DNA of 57,334 nt. Source: Perkinsus chesapeaki ATCC PRA-425. Its lineage: Eukaryota > Protista > Perkinsozoa. The translations under genes and the position numbers were made by a program. The notes below the pieces were generated by a model. That model was not told the DNA's origin. It worked only from the letters and a program-made list of their open reading frames with translations, and did no database searches. Position 1 is the first letter of the stretch, and the number at the start of each line of letters is the position of its first letter. The DNA is taken from positions 1 to 57,334 of the forward strand of contig JAAPAO010000178.1 of assembly GCA_013115145.1 (NCBI GenBank), given 5' to 3'. Below, piece after piece: positions 47,917 through 57,334 of this stretch.

Positions 47917-50791
47917 CATGCTGAAACACTGCTGCACGGCACCGCCATTCTCTCTCGATCGGTCAAACACTTCTGTAAGACTCGACGAAGTGGATGAAGC
48001 TCATGACGGAGGATCTCCACAGTTCCCTCTGGCACAGGCTGACCACGGTGCAAATGTCCAAAGTCCATTAACTCAGCAGTACCTCATCTCCGGCCTCGGC
48101 AACTATACTGTCCACGATTCGCCACAGCGCCTTAAGTTCGTTACTGTGCATCTGTGAGAGTACCGGACAGGACAGCACCAATGTGTCCTCAGCTTGGCCA
48201 CGACGTTTATATAAATCTGCAAAGAGCGTCAATGGCCGACGACGACGAAGCATTACTAGCGCAAGTAGAGGTAGGAAATGGAATTATAAACCTGGGTGTC
48301 TACGACGGCGGGCTGCATATCGTATAGAGAGCTTGCCCTTTATATTATTCCCCTTCTGTTAGTTACATACACTACCCTACGACGATAGAACAATAACTAG
48401 TAGAGATGGGACGAGGACTCCCAAACCAATCGACCACCTGCTCTATACTGCCCAGATCTTTACTAGGCTCAATTTCACAATAAACCAGTAAACGAGCAAG
48501 ATCGAATCTACACATACAAAACATATGATAATTCAGTCCTTCGAGAGCTTCCAGCAATCCCCTCGGACCGTTGCCGTCTTAATGCGACATCCAGCCCCCC
48601 TAATCGCCGAAGGCCCCAAGTACCTCCGTACTGCCTGTGTGGTGTCCTGAATGGCGTCCGCTGCACCTTTTCGGTCAACGGTTCCAGCCAGCTCGTCTGG
48701 AGGTTCGTCAATAGCTGAGAAAGGCCATTGGGAATACATAACTACACATGATGCTGCTGGCGCACCCGCTTGGCCACTGCTCTGTGGCCCAGTTCCCAGA
48801 ATCCCTCCACGGCCTTAATGGCATCGGGAGCCGGCACCAGATCGATGTGGAAGGGCAGTTCAGCTGACACGAGTAACATGCCACACTGGAGCCTAGATGG
48901 AATTCGGTTTGTCGAGGCTGTTTCCTCCGTAAAGGCGGGAGGGTCTGCTCCAACCCCCACTGCGCGAAGTGAATGGGATTCGATGCCTAGCCCAATTGAG
49001 AGTTCAGAGTTCGCATAGGTCACAATAAGACATAGAGGCTACGGTGCCGTGGTGTGATGACGAGCAAAGAGACAGAGTGCAGAATGAGCCTGAGAGGCCT
49101 TGGGTCGATATATTAAGTCTTCCAAAGGCAGACGATAAGACTGCCTCTACCATCCATCCTAACATGCACCCTTCTTACCGGAAGTAACGTTGATGAACTT
49201 CTTGCATATCCGTGGCAGATCCTCCCGTCTGCTGTCCACCATCGATATCCGATGGATAAGGTCGCATGCCAGTGACGGGCCCAGCCGATTGAAACTGTAG
49301 TGAAACGGTATACTATTTCTGCCGCTAGCCATGAACTTCCCTTCTGAGCAACGGAACAGCAACTGTATCGCTGACCTCCTCAAGAAAGCTACATTTTCGT
49401 CGATAGCTTCGAAATGGAACAATTCTTACTCAACCTTCCGAGAAAGTACTTTGTTGAATGCTCTCTTGTGTCCATGGGAAGCCCCCGACCTTCCCACCGC
49501 ACATGCCTACTTGTCAACTAGGATTTGTAAGCTCCTTAGTGCTGCATCAGTTTCCAATCCACCTCGGCCTTGTAGGCAGTGGGCAGCAAGCACCCTGTAA
49601 TGGGAAGTGACACTCAAGGACATAGAGAAAAGCCCTGAAAGCTCCCAGTCCGCCAGCGCAACCGCCAAACAAGGGAGTTGAAAATGTCGGCTATTGCCAT
49701 GCATAGGAGCAGCCATCACCGCGCTGACCGCAGCACACTCGGACCAAACACCGATGTTGAATTCCCTCGGGCGCTTGTGGGTCCTCCACCTCCTGCGGTG
49801 GACCAGACAGGCAGGCCCGGCGTGTAGGCCTTATGGAGGGCCAGCTGCGGTATAGGAGTGTTGCTGACCATTCGCATGCCGCCAGGAGTGGCCGACGCCC
49901 CGCCTCCATCTGGGGAGGAACTCAGACCACTCAGGAAAGAGGGGGCCGAAGGTACCGGGCTGCCGATGATCGGGACGAACCTGACAGAAATCCCAAGGGA
50001 CCAGCAGGTGACCCTCACTGCGCTGTAGAAGACTGTCGACTACTAGGGGCAGTGCTGCTGCTGCCCATGGTGGACCTATGGCTGAGAGAGCCAAGGTTGA
50101 TGAAGTGAGGTGGCCGAGGAATAAGGGAGGTCAGTGACGGTGGAGAGGGAGACTGCCGGACAAGGCCTGCTGGACCGCAGTGGCCCTAAGGACAGTAACG
50201 GAGTTCCTCAGGTATTTCACTACATTAGGCGTATCCCTTCTCTGCACTGCCTCCGAAGCAGCCAAGATAGGTGTTCCAGAGAGCTGCCGAGCTATCTGAA
50301 GGCGTACCAGTTACACTACTCGGAATGCCTAAGGCATACCAGTCTCCGCTGCCCTCCAGCAGTGTACGTGTTGGCACTGTAGCGTCTTTGGACCATAGCA
50401 GGCTGCGGTGCCCACATCACCGGGCTCTCCTGGCCGGACAGACCACCACTGTTCGGGCGCCACGCTGAAGATACCAATGGTATAGCGACTCACATACAGT
50501 GTCGGACCTCGCAACAGGTCCACCGATGGAGGCCCCACCGTAGGACAATGGCCACCAGTTGTGTTAGGCACCTGAAACCCTCTTATCCACGTGGCAGAGC
50601 TCCCTGTAGGACCTCAGTCTCCGTGGAGGGTCGGGCAGATGCTGAGAAGTCCAGCCTCGAGCTCGGGACGTTGCCAGCAGGCCTTCGTCTGACCCCATTG
50701 AAGGTAGTGGCGCTCAGAGACAGCCTGGTGACGTCACTGACCCTGCCGGGCGTCGACACAGCCATAGGAGGATCCAAGACGTCCCTGCAAG
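47917..50791 (-). CDS. Hypothetical multi-exon gene or genes, possibly a helical-repeat protein
   Basis: Chain of short open exons (e.g. LSAFGRLNIDPRPL, LWRIVDSIVAEAGDE|PVPEGTVEILRHELH..SA*). Family not recognised. Confidence 0.3.
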
Positions 50792-50819
50792 CCATGGCCA
50801 GCCGCTGTTCTCTATCTCC

Positions 50820-52621
50820 GCTAGTACACTGTATTCGGCTGCGGCGGTGGTCGTCGGACATGGTCCTCCTCGGTCTCGGTGTCCGCCTGCATCACGGTGC
50901 TATTCCGCACCGTAGCCGCCGCCTCGATGGCCTCAATAGACATCTCAGCGGCCTCCTGAATGTCCCTTCCTATAAGTAAAGGTGCTGGTGGTGGAGCCAT
51001 TGTTCTTGAGACGTGCTGTCTCGGACCCTACAACCCGGCAAAGATCCACCGGACTGGTTGCCATAGTACCTTGGAGATCCTCAACGAAGGAGCCCTTACA
51101 GGCGACTCGGACGTCTCAGACTTCTCCGCAGCTGACTCGTCACGATCAACCTCAGTCTGCCCTATCAACTGGCCACCACACGAGGTACCATATCCCACCT
51201 TCCCTGTGGTCGAAGCGTTCCCTGCTACTGGTCCACTCAGCTCCACTGTTGAGGATGCAAACATGCCAGTCTCTGAAGCCCACGGAGCCTCCTTCATGAC
51301 ATCTTGCTCCTCGGTACCTTGTGTGTCCACTAATATTGCCTTTTCCGCCTCTGACCCCTCTAGAGTGGTTTTATCGGACAGCACCGAGGACTCGCTGTCA
51401 CTGACCGGACTGCGGACGCTCGATCTGTTAGCCGTGCTCGCCAGCCTTCCACACAAGTTAGCTATTCGCGCCTGATCTGACTGATCCCAAAGCAGCCCTC
51501 GACTTGCCCTTGGATACGTCCTTCTCGGCCAGCTGGCGATCCCTGCTCTCAAGAGCTGCCGTCAAGGCCTTGATGGCAGCCTCTCCTCCCAATCGCTCCA
51601 ATCCTTTCAGACTCGCACGTGCTTGAGAAAGTTGGAGTGACAGCTTCACGTTGTCATCTCGCAACCTGCATTGGCCAATTAATCTTTAATGCGATGTAGA
51701 CAAGCCAACAAAAACGACCTCTTTAAAGACGTAACTCCTCCGGGATGTTTATACCTCCACGTCTTTAAAGACGATCCTGGATGTTTATACCACAAATGAT
51801 TCACTAGGACTCGGTATGGCCTCAGGTTAGAAATGACATTCGCTAAATGCCCTGGACGCCTCAAGGAGAATGTGTGGAGCGGAGATATACCAGGTTCACT
51901 AGGAAGACTAGCCCATCCCGATCACATCATGAATATTCCCCAATTACCGCCAAGTCTACCAGGTGCGTTATACGGTAACCTTTAACGAATATCCCCGGCA
52001 TAAGCCCCCTACTACTCGTGAGCTGCCTTGATGACTGATACCAATAGCGTTCGTTGCCTAGCAAACAGGCGTGGTGTAAGGAGACCATCCGTGGGCACTA
52101 GAGATAAGCTTCCCTCCTCCTTCGCCAGGGTCCGTGCCACGTCCAACCCAAAGCGGATCTCTTCCTCCTAAAGATAGGTTCATGCGCTCGTACGTAGGCA
52201 CAATTTATCACCTTATTTTTCCGAATCTTCTGAATTTGCTCTCTTAGTAGGCCAGCCTCCTTCCGAGCCTCACCGAGTTGGCACTGTAACTGCACGGAAG
52301 CTCCGTTCCAACTCAATGTTCGACTGCGGTACTTCTCTAATGACTTGAGGGTCACCATATGCTTGCTGGACACTTGATATAGAGGAGCCTTCCAAAGCGG
52401 TCTGAATAGGGACATAGTGCTGCTGCCCAGGTAGACAGCCCTGCATTGCCTCTAAAGCGGATATCCTCTCCTTCTGGGCACATACAATGTGTAGCAAGGA
52501 CGCTGGCCTGGAAGGGGGCAAGTTCGAGAAAGAAGACAAGGCGTTGTTACTTCCTGTCGTGATCCTGGACCAGCGAACGCATAATGTCTGCTGAAGCAGT
52601 CAAGAGATCTCCCTGAGCCAT
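50820..52621 (-). CDS. Hypothetical coiled-coil protein, multi-exon
   Basis: MAQGDLLTASADIMRSLVQDH.., heptad-rich exons (LGEARKEAGLLREQIQKIRK; LSLQLSQARASLKGLE..LESRDRQLAEKD), then an acidic low-complexity exon. Confidence 0.55.
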
Positions 52622-54585
52622 GACCACATTAGACTGTAGGGGGGCCCTTCCATCGTACTTGACCGGGGTCGTGGGAATCGGTATCGTCTAGGCGATCAAG
52701 GAGCTGACGTGCCCTCCGCCACACAGAGTCTTCTTTGGTTAATTCGGACATGATGCAGGTGAATTGTTATGAACTGTTGCAACAAGCAACTTTCGATGTC
52801 GACTGAGCAATTTCATCGTCATGCGTTATGCTGGTTTGTCGACCCCGGGTTCGATCCCGGGGGCAGACAGTATTCTCTACAGAAAATTTGGATTTCTATT
52901 ATTATCGTTCCAAGAATGATTGACCCCGGGGCTTATCTCAAAAGTAGAGCTCCCTCAAGCCTTAAACAGCTGAAAAGGTCGAGCTGAACGGGCTCTACAA
53001 GTTCTCGTTACGAAGCTCAATAATGCTTGTTTAACCCTGTAGCTGCTTCACGGGGATTAACAACGGACTCTTCTTCAGAGAAGGCTCCGTAAAAGATGCA
53101 AATTTAAAGGTTAACTTATTCAATAATCTCTAGCAAGCCATTAGCCGGCTTCTAAGGTTCTTAAACGCGCGTGCGGGTCCTGACTCGAAAATTGTCAAAG
53201 CATAATGGAGTTGAAGCCAGTGAGACTTCGACTGGAGCAGTTTGATTCAATTTTTACTTTGGGCCGATTTCTCCACGACAAATTTGGAGCCATGATTGCG
53301 TCAATGACGAGACGCGGGTTCAAATCCTAGCTAAGGAATGCCTTTCTTCAGCCAATAAAAGCTCGAGAAAGCTTCTTGAGGTATAAAAAGCTTCCTTGAA
53401 AAGCCGAAACTTCCGAAATCGGTTACCCTATCGAACTTGTGCGAGCTTCTTATCCCCTAGGAAGCGGTTGTTCGTTCAAGGGACTTTGAGGGTTGAGGCG
53501 TTCGGATATCTAGCAATATCTATCAACTTTTCATTGCACTATTTTATTTGGAAAATCAACCTCGCCCAGTGTTCTGCACGCAGCTGTGGTAATAGGAGTC
53601 CAGCTCCTGCTGGTTATCCATATAGCTGTTACAGCTAAGCTGTATGATGCTGCTTAAGAACATACCCCTGAATTCCTATGATCGCCGTGTTCACCAGACC
53701 CTTGGACGAAGCACGAGTAAACTTGCCAGTGACGCGGCCTCTGGGAACCCGAGATCAACGAAAGGGAGTTGTTGAGAGCTCTAGGAGTTCTCGGCTGCAA
53801 ATAGCATAGCTGCTAGTCGTAGCCCAAATAGTGGCACGTATGATCATTACAGGCTTACTAATATATTTAGATATCTAAGTAGCTGATGACAGATAGAATT
53901 CCACAGCTGCCAACCTAGCTATGGATTCCCATATCTTGGGCTAACGTAAGCTCCTTGTGCTCGAAGTCGACCTGGTATTGGCAAAATACTTCCAGTAGGA
54001 AGCTCTCCGACATGTGTTATGTGTTTTCCTAGTCTAAACCCTGTTGGTGGGGCTTTTCGATAGATGGGTTCATCCCTCTTAGATCTCCGGAGGGGTGGAG
54101 TATAGCTTTTACAATGTTAGGTCTGTGAGAAATCCACCTGCCCTGGCAGCATACTCGTCTGAATACCTCGGTGGTGCAACTAAGAAATATATGGCTTTGA
54201 GCACGCTTCCGTGATGCAGAAGCGTGCAAGTTATGTGTAGCGCTATACACGATTTTCCTCAGGTTTCTGAAGGTAATAGGTTACCTTTGAAGTTCGCTTA
54301 CGATATTCCTCAAGTTGATGCGCCTTGGGCTACCGATTCTTTCACATGTTCAGAGTTTCAATACTAGCTTGTTGGCCATGATTTGCACGCAAACAGCTAT
54401 TTGGCAGTCGCCACATTATTACCGCTGAAATGTTCTTCGTACGTCACCGCTACTCTCCCCAGAATTCTCACCGAGCACCCTAGAGGAGTACATTCAACCG
54501 CGTCGTTTTGGTCGTCGTTGGCTATTCTCTCCTGTGTTATACAGTTTCTACTGCGGCCTCTACCAGTCCTACTTTTTTTCCTTCA

Positions 54586-54831
54586 ATGTCTGCGCACTAT
54601 CGTCGTCGTGATCCCCCACCCGTACAGGCACTTCCCGTATCGAGTCTTGGACAGTCGCCCTCCGTGGGGTCTTTCGATGAGAATGCCCATCGTGATGTTT
54701 ACATGGCAATGTGTTTCCACGGTTGGACAGCTCGTATGAGAAGTGCTCATGTTCCGCACCCCTTCAGGAAGGTTTTAATTCTTAATGTGAAGCCCGTGGA
54801 GACCACAAAGCCCACGATGTCAGACGTCTAG
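54586..54831 (+). CDS. Small orphan protein, copy A of a two-member family
   Basis: ATG follows a pyrimidine tract. Shares DVYMAM..G..ARMRSAHVPH..R.VL with 55555-55851, with heavy synonymous divergence. Confidence 0.55.
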   Translation: MSAHYRRRDPPPVQALPVSSLGQSPSVGSFDENAHRDVYMAMCFHGWTARMRSAHVPHPFRKVLILNVKPVETTKPTMSDV

Positions 54832-55554
54832 TATTTCTTACTCGAATCGTTATCGACCTTGAATCAGCATTTCGCCATCAGATCGAAAGGGTCTCGTGGT
54901 GGGCTTCAATCGTAAAAGTTGTATGAGTCTTCACTATTGTTACGGGCTACGATTATTATAGTGTAACCAGTGAATTATTTTTTGATGTATCCCAGCCAGT
55001 GAAATTCTTGTGAATCCTGGCCTACATCTATTGGATAACGAGGATCTCTGGATGTCATGGTCATTCTAGCTGATCGTTTGTCTCTCTATTTCACTGATTC
55101 TCCTTTCTAGTTATCTTTGTCTCACATCTTCCCCACTTATTTAACCTTTTCATTTCCACACTGTAAAATTAGGTCCAGAAGTCTGTATCGCTCATTTCAT
55201 CAAATGAAGTCTGTCTTAGTGGCTCAGAATCCTTACTACAACTACAAAGCTGTGAAATGTACCCCAACTTGACGTGGTCTACGGCAAGTGTTTAGCTGCC
55301 ATATTCTTTATGTCCGAAGTGATATTCTGTATCATCCGTTATGATCGCACCCTTCGTTGGTGAGAAGCTCTCTGTATAGTCCTCAGGAGTCTTATCAATA
55401 GCTCATGCGTGAAATCACAGGATCCCCATCCTCGCTCAGCACCACTTCTGTTTAAGTCGTTTTCCTTTACGATAATGTTTTTGGTTTATCAGTTATGGGT
55501 CTAAGATTGTCGTGCATGTTTCCGATAGTTTTTACTGTATATTTTTCACCGCTA

Positions 55555-55851
55555 ATGCGATGCAGTAAGACGTGGCTACCGGATGTCCGTGACTGCGAAG
55601 CGATTCGCGAGGAGGACTCCTCCTCGAAACCTGTCGGGGAACTAGCCAAGGTTGATGACTCCGCAATGGAGCTTCCTCAAGACATTTATATCGCTATGAT
55701 GACACTCGGCAAAGAGGCTCGTGTCCGTGCAGCACATGTCCCTCATCAATACCGAGATATCCTTTTTATTCCGCGCTCATCGCCGCCGAGCCCTTCAGTA
55801 GAGATCAGCCGAGGCCGCAGGTCTTCATCTAGATCTACCGCGGCATCGTGA
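55555..55851 (+). CDS. Small orphan protein, copy B of a two-member family
   Basis: DIYIAM..G..ARVRAAHVPH..R.IL motif shared with 54586-54831. Confidence 0.55.
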   Translation: MRCSKTWLPDVRDCEAIREEDSSSKPVGELAKVDDSAMELPQDIYIAMMTLGKEARVRAAHVPHQYRDILFIPRSSPPSPSVEISRGRRSSSRSTAAS

Positions 55852-57334
55852 CAAGCTATTGCTTTGTATAATTGAGACGATCTGTACTCTACGATAACGG
55901 TTGCCCAACGAAGGTGGTCTTCGTACTAACAATAATGCAAGGCTTGTTCTTGTATCATCATTTTAACCACTTCTTATCGCATACAGTGTTGCGTCATCTA
56001 ATAATGTGGGCTCCGGGCGGAGTTTCATTGACAAAGCATTCGATTATCGGCAACTGATTTATGATCCTTCAAGTGAGTATGAACGAAGTGCGAAGAATGC
56101 CATGATTAACATTGCTCTGGTTTTTCAACTTGGCGCAGGCTGTCTCCTTCATGGTCGTATCATGGTTTCGGTCTTCGTCTACCGATAGTATCAATCCACG
56201 TATCTGATGTATATGATCTAGATGCGCACAATTGCTTCATTAACCTCCGTTATTTACGCATCAATCACTACTACAATACCTTTTGTATAATATCGTCTCC
56301 ATTGGAGTTGTAATTCGTTCGGTGTGGTCTTCCTTCACGCCTGACCACAAAGTATCTCTTGATTTGGTGAGCAGCGAAAAACCGGCTGTGTGTGATAGAG
56401 ATGCACATCAACAAGAAGCTGACCGGGATGCGTAAGAAAGATCCTTAGTGTGTATACGTGCAGCTGTGTGATCTGTGCAGTCATGCCTTATCCATGGTGC
56501 ACAGCGCTTCAACTACCTACAATACTAAGAATACCTCCTCCGTTCTCAACCGTAACAACTTTAAGATAGACGTAAGGCATTATACCATATGGAACTTGCA
56601 GACTCTCAGTCTAGTCGCTCTGGACCAGAGCGATGCCTCTCCGGTTGGGGGCGAGTGGTTCCCGAAAGATCGGGCCTCACCGTGCGCGCAGGGAACTATC
56701 ACCCGCAGAAGAAGGATGAGTTTCATCTTTCATTGCAAAAGACCTTAGAGTTTTTCATGCATTCTGCAACTTTAAGCTGTCGTGCTAAGTTTTAAGTTTC
56801 AAATCTCGCGTGTGGTCTACGTTTGCGCTGCGCGAGGGTGGAGCTTTTCGTTTGCTGATGCCTGTGTTTCGTTTACTGGAACTGGGCGGAGTTTTGATGT
56901 ATAATGGTATTGATTTGACGATATTCAGAGTCCGTAACGAAATAAAAGTCATTACTACCAACGAAAAACTGAACTTGAAAGTTTCACGGGGAGCATGAGA
57001 TACTCAATCACTGGTAATGTAAATTTAATCCATGAATCTCCAGTAGGTTTCAGTGAAAAACTAATTTCATTTCCTGAATCCCAGCCGTAAATGATGTAGA
57101 GCCCATTATTGTGCCGAAGCCGGTCTTGCGTTACATGCTCCGATAGGAGAACTTACTCATCTACAACGTGCCAAAGCTACGGTTTGTGAGTAGGTTAAGC
57201 AGCCTTAAAGTCATGTGGCAATCACCGTACGCATAAATATCTCGAGCTCTCCTGGTATTACCACGGGGTAACTCGTTAACCCTACATTAAAAAGTCACGA
57301 TCGAATGGTGCTTATGCGCACGCGGAAGAGACGT

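Noticed and set aside
52797-52870. Complete tRNA gene
   Set aside because: Only a T-arm-like hairpin; D-arm GG and anticodon stem are absent and the acceptor stem pairs poorly.
54140-54270. Possible third copy of the AHVPH family (KKYMALSTLP*)
   Set aside because: Only YMAL.TL resembles the motif; there is an in-frame stop and no AHVPH.
56006-56998. Short plus-strand ORFs at the window end
   Set aside because: No motifs or paralogy that could be supported; similarity to the orphan pair is too weak.

Overview
Gene-dense eukaryotic DNA (~50% GC) with many short (~40-60 nt) GT-AG introns. Gene content and architecture suggest a Perkinsus-like alveolate; this is inference. In order: right half of a DD34E Tc1 transposon; a 35-bp minisatellite; a 5'-incomplete multi-globin gene; a complete multi-exon gene for a coiled-coil N-terminus plus EIGHT tandem group-I truncated (2/2) haemoglobin domains of two alternating types; a gene-poor stretch with Cys-rich secreted-peptide candidates, a perfect 24-bp hairpin and a TA-flanked MITE with 245-bp TIRs; BCKDH E1-beta; enoyl-CoA hydratase; a large intronless secreted WD40/PAN-like/CWC-repeat protein; a K/E-rich protein; two tandem P4-ATPases sharing near-identical AT3-rich islands; PP2A-C; a zinc-knuckle protein; a PKD2-like channel; a CCR4/nocturnin-type EEP; a PPPDE-FHA fusion; hypothetical genes; a nucleotide-sugar transporter; a coiled-coil protein; and an orphan-rich tail with two paralogous small ORFs. 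Exon structures were read by eye, so internal boundaries are approximate. The best candidate for an undescribed system is the octa-domain truncated haemoglobin.
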